Below, in pieces: positions 1 through 9,489 of a DNA stretch of 64,000 nt. The first letter of the stretch is position 1, and every line of letters begins with the position of its first letter. Source of the stretch: Oscillospiraceae bacterium (lineage in GTDB: Bacteria > Bacillota > Clostridia > Oscillospirales > Oscillospiraceae); NCBI GenBank assembly GCA_902802045.1, contig CADCKQ010000001.1:310759-374758 (forward strand), written 5' to 3'. The position numbers and the translations under genes are program-made. The notes below the pieces were generated by a model. The model was not told where the DNA came from. It was given only the letters and a program-made list of their open reading frames with translations, and searched no databases.

Positions 1-216
1 TCCGGCAAGCCAGGCGGATAATCTTTCCGGACTCTCGGGCGGGATCGCATTCCAAGCGTGAAGCAAAGTGTCGTTTACGCATTCCATGCTGTCATCTCTG
101 TTATAGAGGATGTTTTCCGCAATTTGAAAGCACAGCTTTCCGTATTTGTTCTCCGTTTCGGTGATGGCAGAGCTGTTCCTCTCGTTGTAAAGCGCAAGTA
201 TTGCTTCGTCTTCCAT
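1..216 (-). CDS. RNA polymerase sigma-70 family (ECF-like) factor, N-terminal fragment running off the window edge
   Basis: Own translation from ATG at 216: MEDEAILALYNERNSSAITETENKYGKLCFQIAENILYNRDDSMECVNDTLLHAWNAIPPESPERLSAWLAG, a typical sigma region-2 start. GGAG lies 7 nt upstream. It is absent from the ORF track because there is no stop in the window. Confidence 0.6.
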   Translation of the reverse strand, partial: MEDEAILALYNERNSSAITETENKYGKLCFQIAENILYNRDDSMECVNDTLLHAWNAIPPESPERLSAWLAG

Positions 217-410
217 TGAAAATCTCCGTGTTAAGAACGTTCTCACCTATAAAGACGCAAATTCCTCGGAAAAGTTTCGGATAAATCAAAAAAGCCCGAT
301 TAACTGATATAATTCTGACAATTTTCTTGAAGTTGTACAATATTTGGATTAAAGTATTGCCACAGGTATTTTATCAATGCTAAAAAAATATGAAAAGGAG
401 GAAATGCATT

Positions 411-1952
411 ATGCCAAAATATGATGCTGTGGTCATCGGCGCCGGAAACGGCGGCCTGGCTGCAGCTTGCAGGATGGCGCTCGCAGGCAAGAAGACATTG
501 CTTATTGAACGTCACAATCTCCCGGGCGGCTGTGCTTCCAGCTTCAGGCGGGGGCGTTTCGAATTTGAGACGGCTCTCCATGAACTGTGTGAATGGGGCA
601 CAGCGGAGAAATTCGGCGCATGCCGTCAGACGGTCGTGGATGACTTTGGCGTGGATCTCAAGGGGCATATAGTCCCGGAGAACTTCCGCGTCATCACCAC
701 TGCCAGTGACGGAAAGACCAAGATCGACGCGACCCTTCCCTGCGGACAGCAGCCTTTCATCGACGCAATGGAAAAATATGTTCCCGGATGCCGCAAATCC
801 ATCGAGGATTTCTTTAAGATAGGCACCGAGTTCCATGAGGCGGGCGACTATTCGCTCTCCGTCAACGGAAAGACCGATCCGGCCTATATGCAGGAGCACT
901 ACCCGAATTTTCTGAGGCTCGGAAGCTATCCCATCGACAAGGTCTTCAATGCGATGAAGATGCCGAAACTTGCCCAGGATATCATGGGAACATACTGGGG
1001 CTATCTCGATGTCGCCGCAGACAAGCTGAGCTTTCTGCAGTATACCAACATGGTCTGGCTTTATGTCACATACGGGGCATGGATCCCCGATAAAACAAGC
1101 CATGAGCTCACTACGGGTATGCTGGAGAGCTTCAGAAAACACGGCGGAGAGACCTGGTTCAACTGTTCGGCAACAAAGATCCTCTTCGATGACGAGAAGG
1201 CAGTCTGCGGCGTTGAGACGACCTGCGGCACTGTCGAGACAAAACACATACTCTGCAACGCAAACCCGACCATGGTCTACGCCAACATGTGCCCGCCCGA
1301 GGTCGTTCCCGAGAGAATGGTCAAGCTCCACAACGCCAGGGAATACTCGGCAAGAATGTTTGTTGTCTACATCGGTCTCGACAAGAGCGCGGAGGAACTG
1401 GGGCTCCATGACTACTCTGTCTTCATGCCCGAATCCGCCGACTCTGTCAGGGAATACCAGTCCGGCAAGACAATAAAGGACAACTACAACATGGTCTCCG
1501 TCTGCTACAATACGGTCAATCCGGATTTCTCGCCTCCCGGCACATGTGTTGTTTCGCTTACCACTACCTTCAGCGGAGACGACTGGGCAAATGTTGATGA
1601 AGAAGACTACTTCAAGACCAAAAACATGATGGCAAACCGCCTTATCGACCGCTTTGAGGAAAAACTCGGCGTGACCATAAGGCCTTATATCGAAGAGATA
1701 GAAGTCGCGACGCCGTGGACGATGTGCAACTTTGTCAACACCCCGCAGGGGTCGGCCTACGGCTATGAACTGAGCGGCTGGGACAGCATGATGCCGAGAA
1801 TGATGATGATGGGTACGGAGTTCCCGGTCAAGGGACTAAAATTCGTGGGAGCATCCTCCATCAGAGGCGACGGTTACAACTCCGCGATCTTCTCCGGAAA
1901 CACGCTTGCCCGGAAGACTCTTTCGGAAATGAAAGAAGAAGAGGAGGGTTAA
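411..1952 (+). CDS. CrtI/phytoene-desaturase-family NAD(P)/FAD-dependent oxidoreductase (copy 1)
   Basis: N-terminal dinucleotide fold DAVVIGAGNGGLAAA...LLIERHNLPGGCASSF. Start moved to ATG 411 because AAAGGAGG (393-400) sits inside the longer ORF. Confidence 0.8.
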   Translation: MPKYDAVVIGAGNGGLAAACRMALAGKKTLLIERHNLPGGCASSFRRGRFEFETALHELCEWGTAEKFGACRQTVVDDFGVDLKGHIVPENFRVITTASDGKTKIDATLPCGQQPFIDAMEKYVPGCRKSIEDFFKIGTEFHEAGDYSLSVNGKTDPAYMQEHYPNFLRLGSYPIDKVFNAMKMPKLAQDIMGTYWGYLDVAADKLSFLQYTNMVWLYVTYGAWIPDKTSHELTTGMLESFRKHGGETWFNCSATKILFDDEKAVCGVETTCGTVETKHILCNANPTMVYANMCPPEVVPERMVKLHNAREYSARMFVVYIGLDKSAEELGLHDYSVFMPESADSVREYQSGKTIKDNYNMVSVCYNTVNPDFSPPGTCVVSLTTTFSGDDWANVDEEDYFKTKNMMANRLIDRFEEKLGVTIRPYIEEIEVATPWTMCNFVNTPQGSAYGYELSGWDSMMPRMMMMGTEFPVKGLKFVGASSIRGDGYNSAIFSGNTLARKTLSEMKEEEEG

Positions 1953-1955
1953 GAG

Positions 1956-3173
1956 ATGCCGGAAGTAAATTACAAAGTAGGTCTGATCGGAAAACTTGAC
2001 ATGCTCAAATTCAAGAACATGCCCAAAGTCCGGAATGCAGCCATTGACGCCTCTCCCTCTACTCCTTTGAAGGGTATTGAACCGACCAATGAAAAAGCAA
2101 AAGCCCATCACCCCAAGCAGATAGAATTCGTCATAGACGATATTCTACAGAACGGTCCCGACGCGAAAACCGTAATCCTGAAGAAAAAAGACGGGGAGAG
2201 ACTCCCGCTTTTCAGGGCAGGCCAGTATATAAGCGTTGACGTGCCCATAGGAACGACTCACACCACAAGATCATATTCCATATGTTCTTCTCCCGCTCTG
2301 GCCAAGGAAGGGATATATCACATAACCGTCAAGCGCGACGACGCGGGGTTTGTAAGCCCGTATATCCAGGACAACTGGAAAAAGGGAGATACCGTCATTG
2401 CCTCCGGCCCCCAGGGTCACCTGTACTACGAACCCATAAGAGATGCAAAGAAGGTTGTAGCCCTTGCGGGAGGCTCCGGTATCACGCCGTTTATGGGTAT
2501 GGCTTATGCCATTCGTGACAGCTATGAAGATTTCGACCTGACTGTCATATTCGGATCCAGGACCGAGGACGCCATAGTCTACAGAAAGGAACTCGACGAA
2601 GTCTGTGCGGCATGCGATAAGGTACATGTTGTCCATGTACTCTCCGATGAGGAAAAAGAGGGTTTTGAACACGGCTTCATAAGCGCGGATCTTATCAGAA
2701 AATATGGCGGAGACGGTGAATTTTCAATATTCATGTGCGGTCCGCAGGCTATGTACAACTTCCTTGACAGCGAGATCGCAAAACTCGGCTTAAGAAAGAA
2801 GTTTGTCCGCCGTGAGCTGTTCGGAGCGATCAAAGATCCCTGGAACCAGCCGGGATATCCCGAGGAGATCCGCGGAAGGACCTTCAATCTCCATGTCGTA
2901 CAATGCGGAAAAGAATACGACATTCCCGCGTCTGCCGACGAATCTCTTATGGTCGCATGTGAACGCGCCGGTCTTGTTGTACCCTCGAGGTGCAGAAGCG
3001 GCGAGTGCGGCTGGTGCCACAGCAAGCTGCTCTCCGGAGATGTCTTTATCCCGGAAAAGACGGACGGAAGAAGAGCTGCGGACCTTGATTACGGCTATAT
3101 CCACATCTGCTCAAGTTTCCCTGCAAGCGACGTTGCGATAGACGTCCCGGCAAAACCTGTTGATACGCAATAA
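1956..3173 (+). CDS. FNR-like flavin reductase with C-terminal plant-type [2Fe-2S] ferredoxin domain (copy 1)
   Basis: RSYSICS (RxYS FAD motif), GGSGITP (NAD(P) motif) and CRSGECGWC...IC (Cx4Cx2C...C). Starts 4 nt after the stop of the CrtI-like gene, behind GAGGAGG. Confidence 0.8.
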   Translation: MPEVNYKVGLIGKLDMLKFKNMPKVRNAAIDASPSTPLKGIEPTNEKAKAHHPKQIEFVIDDILQNGPDAKTVILKKKDGERLPLFRAGQYISVDVPIGTTHTTRSYSICSSPALAKEGIYHITVKRDDAGFVSPYIQDNWKKGDTVIASGPQGHLYYEPIRDAKKVVALAGGSGITPFMGMAYAIRDSYEDFDLTVIFGSRTEDAIVYRKELDEVCAACDKVHVVHVLSDEEKEGFEHGFISADLIRKYGGDGEFSIFMCGPQAMYNFLDSEIAKLGLRKKFVRRELFGAIKDPWNQPGYPEEIRGRTFNLHVVQCGKEYDIPASADESLMVACERAGLVVPSRCRSGECGWCHSKLLSGDVFIPEKTDGRRAADLDYGYIHICSSFPASDVAIDVPAKPVDTQ

Positions 3174-3189
3174 CATGCAATAACGAATT

Positions 3190-3226
3190 GCCGGCAGCGG
3201 TGGCTTGCCGCTGCCGGCTTCTTTGA
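3190..3226 (+). terminator. Hairpin GCCGGCAGCGG/CCGCTGCCGGC followed by TTCTTTG; weak or leaky intrinsic terminator
   Basis: 11-bp GC-rich stem (3190-3200 / 3208-3218) with an interrupted T tract. It ends 5 nt before ATG 3231. Confidence 0.5.
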
Positions 3227-3230
3227 AAGT

Positions 3231-4565
3231 ATGGGGCTTCAGACTGAAAGAACGGAAACAAAAAAAGAAGAACTGATCAATCAGCTTTCATCGGATATAA
3301 TAAAGCTCTCAGTAAGCAGGCTTGCCGTCGACCTGAGGTTTATTCAGCGCGCCGTTTTAAGACTGAAGCCTTTAGCTGTAAAGGAAGTCTCTCTTGCGAG
3401 CGACGGCAGAGTATTGTATTACGATCCGATGCATATCCTGAATATGTACAAATATGACGAGAATGCCGTAAACCGGGATATTCTCCACACGGTCCTGCAT
3501 CTGATCTTCCTTCACGGTTATGTCGGCAAAGATGTCAGGCGCGAGTATTGGGATCTTGCGACAGATATCTCCGTCGAAAACGTCATCAATTCTATGGATA
3601 TACCCTGCCTCAATTCCGGCAGGAAATATGCGCAGCTCGCCTATATAAAGCTTCTGGAAACAGAAGTCGGGGAACTCACTGCTGAGAAGATCTGCGCTTT
3701 TTTCAGAAAAAGCGGTATGTCCGTGCAGGAAGCTGAAGAAATACGAAGAAGTTTTCAGGCGGACTCGCACGGTTTCTGGTGGGGAAAATATGATAAAAAT
3801 GCCAGGAAGATCGAAGTCCCTGACAGCAGGGTCTGGGAAGAAGTATCCAGAAAAGTGCAGAAGGAGCTCGAATTTCTGAATAAAGACGAGGACAGCCCTC
3901 TTGTACAGAATCTCAGGGCTATCTCCCGCGCAAAATACAGCTATACCGATCTCTTAAGGCGTTTCAGCGTGTGGGGCGAGGCCCTGCATATTTCTGACGA
4001 GGAGTTCGACAACAACTATTATATGTTCGGGCTCGATACATACGGTAACATGCCTCTCATTGAGCCTCTGGAATACCGGGAACAGAAAAGGGTAAGAGAC
4101 TTTGTCATAGCTGTAGATACCTCAGGTTCAGTCAGAGGCGATATGGTTCAGAAGTTCATTCAGCATACACACGATATACTGGTCAAACAGGAAAACTTCT
4201 TTACAAAAGTCAATATACATATTTTCCAGTGCGACGACCGCATCAGGGATGAAAGTGTCATCAAAACACGCGAGGATTTCAGAAAATACATGGAAACTCT
4301 GGAGATCAAAGGCTTGGGCAGGACTGATTTCAGGCCTGTTTTCAACAGAGTCGACGAGCTGGTTTCAGAACATGAGTTTTCAGATCTCAAAGGTATTATC
4401 TATTTTACGGACGGCCTCGGAACTTTTCCCTCCAAAAAACCGGCTTATGAGACGGCATTCATTATAAGCAGTGAGAGCTCCGAAGTGCCTGATCTTCCGC
4501 CGTGGGCGATACATATGACGCTCAGCGAAAACCAGCTCGAACGGGAAATGAGAGCTGCTGTATGA
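3231..4565 (+). CDS. DUF2201-type protein: N-terminal putative metallopeptidase-like domain plus C-terminal VWA-like domain
   Basis: VIAVDTSGSVRG (MIDAS DxSGS), GRTDF and IYFTDG in the C-terminal half. The N-terminal half has DILHTVLHLIFLHGY...WDLATDISVEN, with HTVLH where this family normally shows HExxH. Confidence 0.7.
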   Translation: MGLQTERTETKKEELINQLSSDIIKLSVSRLAVDLRFIQRAVLRLKPLAVKEVSLASDGRVLYYDPMHILNMYKYDENAVNRDILHTVLHLIFLHGYVGKDVRREYWDLATDISVENVINSMDIPCLNSGRKYAQLAYIKLLETEVGELTAEKICAFFRKSGMSVQEAEEIRRSFQADSHGFWWGKYDKNARKIEVPDSRVWEEVSRKVQKELEFLNKDEDSPLVQNLRAISRAKYSYTDLLRRFSVWGEALHISDEEFDNNYYMFGLDTYGNMPLIEPLEYREQKRVRDFVIAVDTSGSVRGDMVQKFIQHTHDILVKQENFFTKVNIHIFQCDDRIRDESVIKTREDFRKYMETLEIKGLGRTDFRPVFNRVDELVSEHEFSDLKGIIYFTDGLGTFPSKKPAYETAFIISSESSEVPDLPPWAIHMTLSENQLEREMRAAV

Positions 4566-5383
4566 AAAAGATTATTCCGTACGGCACCGAAGCCATTGGG
4601 GACGGAGCTTTCTCCGACGACTCCGAAATAACGGAGGTCGAGATCCCTGATACCGTTTTTTCAATAGGCGAGGAAGCTTTTTACGGCTGTACTGCTTTAA
4701 GATCGGTAATTCTCCCGCGGAGTCTAACCGAGATATCTGCGGCAGTCTTTGCCGGCTGTGAATCTCTCAAGGAAATAACGCTTCCTGAAGCTCTTGTCAG
4801 GATAAGTGACGGAGCTTTTCTCGGGTGCAGTTCGCTCAGATCCGTTACTTTTCCTTCAGGCCTTAAGGAGCTCGGAGATATGGCATTCTGGGGTTCCGGG
4901 CTGATTTCCACTGATCTGCCGGAAAATGTATCATATATCGGTGAGCGCTGCTTCTGGGAGTGCAAGGATCTGAAAAGTGTTTTTATCCCAAATAAGGATA
5001 CAATTATAGGTGATGCAGCCTTCGGTGAATGTGAGAGCCTTATGTCGGGCTTTATTGCCCCGGGGTACTGCGGCAAAACCGACAATGCCTCACTTCTGCA
5101 ATATACTCTGCTCTGGTGCACGAGCATAGGGCTGCATGATGAAGCTGTATCCGTCAAAGCATCGGACTATATACGGGCCAATGAGTCGCTCGTTATGGAA
5201 CATATTCTGAAAAGAAATATTATACCCGCTATGACCGGCATCGCCAGGCTCGGACTGTTAAAGCCGGAGAATATCCGCAAATACGTCAGCGAGGCATCCG
5301 CAAAAAACGAGCGCGAGATCACCGCTCTGCTGCTCGGAATGCTTAAAGACACGAAATATACAGATACGGAGTTTGATCTATGA
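4562..5383 (+). CDS. Cytoplasmic BspA-type (LRR_5) leucine-rich-repeat protein with a ~90-aa helical tail
   Basis: About 7 repeats of roughly 23 aa of the form I..gAF.gC.sL.s..lP. There is no signal peptide. ATG 4562 overlaps the upstream TGA (ATGA). The 4502 start in the ORF track is an in-frame extension inside the VWA gene. Confidence 0.75.
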   Translation: MKKIIPYGTEAIGDGAFSDDSEITEVEIPDTVFSIGEEAFYGCTALRSVILPRSLTEISAAVFAGCESLKEITLPEALVRISDGAFLGCSSLRSVTFPSGLKELGDMAFWGSGLISTDLPENVSYIGERCFWECKDLKSVFIPNKDTIIGDAAFGECESLMSGFIAPGYCGKTDNASLLQYTLLWCTSIGLHDEAVSVKASDYIRANESLVMEHILKRNIIPAMTGIARLGLLKPENIRKYVSEASAKNEREITALLLGMLKDTKYTDTEFDL

Positions 5384-6837
5384 ATATCAGAGAAGCAAAG
5401 CAGCAGATAAAAAACACCATGCGCGCTTATTTCGCGAAGGATGAGTACGGCAATTTCCTTCTGCCGGTTGAGGAACAGCGCCCTATCTTTCTCATCGGGC
5501 CTCCCGGCATAGGCAAAACCGCAATTGTTGCCGAGGTCGCGTCCGAGCTCGGAGTGGGCATGCTCTCCTATTCCATGACCCATCATACGCGTCAGAGTGC
5601 GCTTGGCCTTCCCATGATCGAGACAAAGATATATGACGGGCGGGAGTACAAGGTTACGGAGTATACGATGTCCGAGATCATCGCATCGATCTATGACCTG
5701 ATGGAAGACAGCGGAGTGAAAGAGGGCATTCTCTTTCTGGATGAAATAAACTGCGTCTCGGAAACCCTGACCCCTGCCATGCTGCAGTTTTTACAGTTCA
5801 AGACTTTTGGGAAACACGCTGTACCGGGCGGATGGCTGGTCGTGACAGCCGGAAACCCGCCCGAATATAACAGAAACGTGCGTGAATTCGATACCGTGAC
5901 ATGGGACCGCCTCAAACGCATTGACGTGGAACCCGATTTCGGAGTCTGGAAGGATTATGCGCTTGAGATGGGAGTTCATCCGGCTGTGCTCAGCTATCTT
6001 GAGATCAGAAAAGAAAACTTCTTTAAAGTGGAAAACACTCCGGACGGCAGAGCTTTTGTAACAGCCCGGGCCTGGAAAGATCTCAGCGATATCATTAAGC
6101 TTTACGAGCGCTGCTCTGTTGAAACCGATCAGAATCTCTTCGGTCAATATCTTCAGGATAAGGAGATATCCGAGGATTTCGGCGATTATTTCGAACTCTG
6201 GTGCAGATACAGATCCGATTACAGAGTACCGGAGATTCTGGCAGGGAAAGCTTCTGAGGAGATAAAAAAACGGGCGTCCGATGCACCGTTCGACGAGCAG
6301 CTGAGTCTCCTCGGGCTTTTGAAGGACAATGTCTTCTCCGATATAAGGCAGGTAATCGAAACGGAGGATACTTTAAAAGAACTCCATGATATTCTTGCAG
6401 GCGTTCGTGACGGTGCTGCGCTGGGAGATGAATTGGTAGCTGAAAAGGAAAAATTATCAAAAGCCGAGAAGCGCGGCGCACTGCCTCCGAATCTGCACAG
6501 ACGCTTTGATTTTATTATCGGCTTCTTAACCGAAAGCCTTGACCGGCGTTTTGAAGATACGCGTTCCTCATTCGGCAAACAGGTCTCCGCAATGAAAGAG
6601 CGTGCCGCTGATGCAGGTGAAAAGCTTTCAAACCTTTTCAATTTCTGCGAAGAAGTCTGGCCTGAGGGGCAGGAACTTCTTATACTGGTGACTGATCTCA
6701 CTGCAACAGTGTATACGGCGCGATTCATTGCACGTTACGGAAGCCGGGAATACTACCGGCACAACGAGGAGCTCATGTTTTACGAGCGTCAGACCGAAAT
6801 AATAAAGGAACTGAAGCAGCTGGACATGGGTCTTTAA
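5380..6837 (+). CDS. MoxR-like AAA+ (AAA_5) ATPase with a long helical C-terminal extension
   Basis: Walker A GPPGIGKT and Walker B ILFLDEIN. The last ~250 aa are charged and helical. ATGA overlap with the LRR gene stop. Confidence 0.8.
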   Translation: MNIREAKQQIKNTMRAYFAKDEYGNFLLPVEEQRPIFLIGPPGIGKTAIVAEVASELGVGMLSYSMTHHTRQSALGLPMIETKIYDGREYKVTEYTMSEIIASIYDLMEDSGVKEGILFLDEINCVSETLTPAMLQFLQFKTFGKHAVPGGWLVVTAGNPPEYNRNVREFDTVTWDRLKRIDVEPDFGVWKDYALEMGVHPAVLSYLEIRKENFFKVENTPDGRAFVTARAWKDLSDIIKLYERCSVETDQNLFGQYLQDKEISEDFGDYFELWCRYRSDYRVPEILAGKASEEIKKRASDAPFDEQLSLLGLLKDNVFSDIRQVIETEDTLKELHDILAGVRDGAALGDELVAEKEKLSKAEKRGALPPNLHRRFDFIIGFLTESLDRRFEDTRSSFGKQVSAMKERAADAGEKLSNLFNFCEEVWPEGQELLILVTDLTATVYTARFIARYGSREYYRHNEELMFYERQTEIIKELKQLDMGL

Positions 6838-6851
6838 AATATAACAGAAAA

Positions 6852-6890
6852 GGGCTGATCCGGAATGAAAATTCGGATCAGCCCTGATTT
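6852..6890. terminator. Bidirectional intrinsic terminator between convergent genes
   Basis: GGGCTGATCCG (6852-6862) pairs with CGGATCAGCCC (6874-6884), flanked by A-rich and T-rich tracts. Confidence 0.6.
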
Positions 6891-6899
6891 ATTGCCGAT

Positions 6900-8720
6900 T
6901 TATCTGTTTTTCATTACAGCTTTCATTCTGAGGCTGTGGTCAAGGATGGATTTGCGGATCCTGAGGTTCTCGGGCGTTACTTCCAAAAGCTCGTCATCCG
7001 CAAGAAACTCGAGACACTGCTCAAGGCTGAGCTTTCTGGCCGGAACGAGCCTCAGCGCCTCATCGCTGCCGGAGGCTCTGGTGTTGGTCAGGTGCTTCGT
7101 GCGGCATACATTGACGGGCACATCGTCAGATTTGTTTGTGACTCCGACAACCATTCCGCCGTAGACCTTCGTTCCCGGTGTAATGAACATCGCGCCCCTC
7201 TCCTGAGCGTTCCATATACCGTAGGCCACCGCTTCTCCTGTCTCATGAGCTATCAGAGATCCTGTCGTCCGTCTCGCGATATCGCCTTTATAAGGCTCGT
7301 ATCTCTCAAATACAGAGGCCAGTATGCCCTCGCCCTTTGTATCTGTCAGAAATTCGTTTCTGTATCCGAAAAGTCCTCTCGACGGGACAAGAAACTCCAG
7401 CTTCATTCTGTTTCCGACAGGTGTCATCTCCACGAATTCGCCTTTTCTCTGCCCGAGCTTTTCCATGACGGAGCCCATAAATTCGGAAGGCACGTCGACG
7501 ACGACTCTTTCTATCGGCTCACAGGTCTTTCCGTCTATCTCTTTATACAGCACTCTGGGCGGGGAGACCTGGAATTCATAGCCCTCCCGGCGCATCGTCT
7601 CAATGAGTATTGAAAGGCTCATCTCGCCTCTGCCGGCTACATTGAAGCTGTCTGTGCTGTTTTCGACATCCGTTACTCTCAACGAGACATCTTTCAGAGT
7701 CTCTCTGTGAAGCCTGTCGGAGATCTGTCTCGAGGTAACGAATTTCCCTTCTTTTCCGGCAAAGGGACTGTCGTTGACAGAGAAGGTCATTTCCATGGTA
7801 GGCGCGCCAATCTTCACGAAGGGCAGCGGTTCCGCGTGGCCCCTCGCGCAGATCGTATCGCCGATAGTGACGTCTCCGATGCCGCTCATGGCAATAATAT
7901 TGCCTGCAGAGGCCTCTGTAACGGCTTCCCTTCCGAGTCCCTCGAACTGGTACAGCGATACCGCCTTGGCTTTTATCGAAGGGGCATCGGGGTCATGCCA
8001 GTTGCACAGCTCGATCTCTTCATTCTGACGGATGGTCCCGCGCTCTATTCTGCCGACAGCGATCCTTCCGACGTATTCGTTGTAATCGATATTGGAGACC
8101 AGCATCTGGAACGGTGCAGTCTCATCGCATTCGGGCTCGGGAATATACTCGAGGATAGTCTCAAAAAGAGGCTTGAGGTCGGTCCCGACGACATCCGGCG
8201 AATAAGAGGCGGTTCCGTTTCTTCCGGAGCAGAAGAGCATGGGGGAGTCGAGCTGTTCATCGGTCGCGTTCAGATCCATCAGAAGCTCGAGTATTTCATC
8301 GACTACCTCGTGTATCCTCTGGTCAGGTCTGTCTATCTTGTTGACGACGACAATGACCCTGTGTCCCATCTCCAGCGCTCTCGAGAGAACGAATCTCGTC
8401 TGGGGCATGGGACCTTCCGCGGCATCGACAAGCAGGATTACGCCGTTTACCATCTTAAGTATACGCTCGACCTCGCCTCCGAAATCGGCGTGGCCCGGAG
8501 TGTCGACTATGTTGATCTTTGTATCGCCGTAACGGACGGCCGTATTCTTGGCCATTATCGTTATCCCGCGTTCGCGCTCGAGATCGTTTGAGTCCATGAC
8601 TCTCTCGACGATCTCCTGGTTTTCCCTGTATATGCCCGACTGCTTGAGCATCTCGTCCACAAGCGTCGTCTTGCCGTGGTCGACGTGGGCTATGATCGCA
8701 ATATTTCTCAATTTATCCAT
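6900..8720 (-). CDS. typA: Translational GTPase TypA/BipA
   Basis: NIAIIAHVDHGKTTLVD, DTPGHADFGGEV, NKIDR; 606 aa. Confidence 0.95.
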   Translation of the reverse strand: MDKLRNIAIIAHVDHGKTTLVDEMLKQSGIYRENQEIVERVMDSNDLERERGITIMAKNTAVRYGDTKINIVDTPGHADFGGEVERILKMVNGVILLVDAAEGPMPQTRFVLSRALEMGHRVIVVVNKIDRPDQRIHEVVDEILELLMDLNATDEQLDSPMLFCSGRNGTASYSPDVVGTDLKPLFETILEYIPEPECDETAPFQMLVSNIDYNEYVGRIAVGRIERGTIRQNEEIELCNWHDPDAPSIKAKAVSLYQFEGLGREAVTEASAGNIIAMSGIGDVTIGDTICARGHAEPLPFVKIGAPTMEMTFSVNDSPFAGKEGKFVTSRQISDRLHRETLKDVSLRVTDVENSTDSFNVAGRGEMSLSILIETMRREGYEFQVSPPRVLYKEIDGKTCEPIERVVVDVPSEFMGSVMEKLGQRKGEFVEMTPVGNRMKLEFLVPSRGLFGYRNEFLTDTKGEGILASVFERYEPYKGDIARRTTGSLIAHETGEAVAYGIWNAQERGAMFITPGTKVYGGMVVGVTNKSDDVPVNVCRTKHLTNTRASGSDEALRLVPARKLSLEQCLEFLADDELLEVTPENLRIRKSILDHSLRMKAVMKNR

Positions 8721-8857
8721 CTGTTTGTCATCCTATCCGAAAATCTCAAAAAACAGCAGGATTTTACCACGACATGCGTGTGTTTGCAATAGTTTGAACC
8801 TGTTGTATTTCTTATATTTTTTTGTTATCATTGCGAAAAGGAAAGGATGTCTGAACC

Positions 8858-9439
8858 ATGAACAACTTTTTTGCATATGTATCGCGCATGAGATATATAA
8901 ACCGCTGGAGTCTGATGCGCAACTCTGAAAGTGAGAATATACAGGAGCACAGCCATATGGTGGCTGTTATCGCTCACGCCCTCGGAGTCATAAGAAGGGA
9001 TATATTTCACAAAGACTGTGATCCCGATGCAGCTGCAGTAGTCGCTCTTTACCACGACTGCTCCGAGATACTGACGGGAGATCTTCCGACTCCCATAAAA
9101 TATCACAGCAGGGAGATCAACAAAGCCTATAAGGAGATGGAGGAGCTCGCCTGTGAGAAGATTCTCTCAACTCTCCCAGAGGAGCTTCAGGGTTCTTTCA
9201 GGCCGGTCTTCAACGGTGAGATCTCCGATAAATACCGCGATCTGGTCAAAGCGGCCGACAAGCTTTCGGCGTACATCAAGTGCATAGAAGAGCGCCGGGC
9301 GGGAAATGATGAATTCATCTCGGCAGAGAAACAGACCCGGGCGATCCTGGATGAAAGCCCTCTGCCCGAAGTAAAGTACTTCCTCGAGCACTTCATCCCC
9401 GCCTTCGAACTGAACCTTGACCAGCTCGGAACAATGTGA
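8858..9439 (+). CDS. YfbR-like HD-domain 5'-deoxynucleotidase
   Basis: RMRYINRWSLMRNSESENIQEHSHMVA...LYHDCSEILTGDLPTP, the HD motif pattern of the YfbR family. Confidence 0.8.
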   Translation: MNNFFAYVSRMRYINRWSLMRNSESENIQEHSHMVAVIAHALGVIRRDIFHKDCDPDAAAVVALYHDCSEILTGDLPTPIKYHSREINKAYKEMEELACEKILSTLPEELQGSFRPVFNGEISDKYRDLVKAADKLSAYIKCIEERRAGNDEFISAEKQTRAILDESPLPEVKYFLEHFIPAFELNLDQLGTM

Positions 9440-9454
9440 AGTTCATATTTTCAG

Positions 9455-9489
9455 ACAGAGGCGGGAATTCCCGCCTCTGTTTCTTTTTA
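9455..9489 (+). terminator. Intrinsic terminator of the HD-domain gene
   Basis: Perfect palindrome ACAGAGGCGGGAATTCCCGCCTCTGT followed by TTCTTTTT. Confidence 0.7.

Noticed and set aside
300-1409. 369-aa ORF antisense to the copy-1 CrtI-like gene
   Set aside because: Same reasoning. It is a shadow ORF opposite a gene with a strong dinucleotide-binding motif and RBS.
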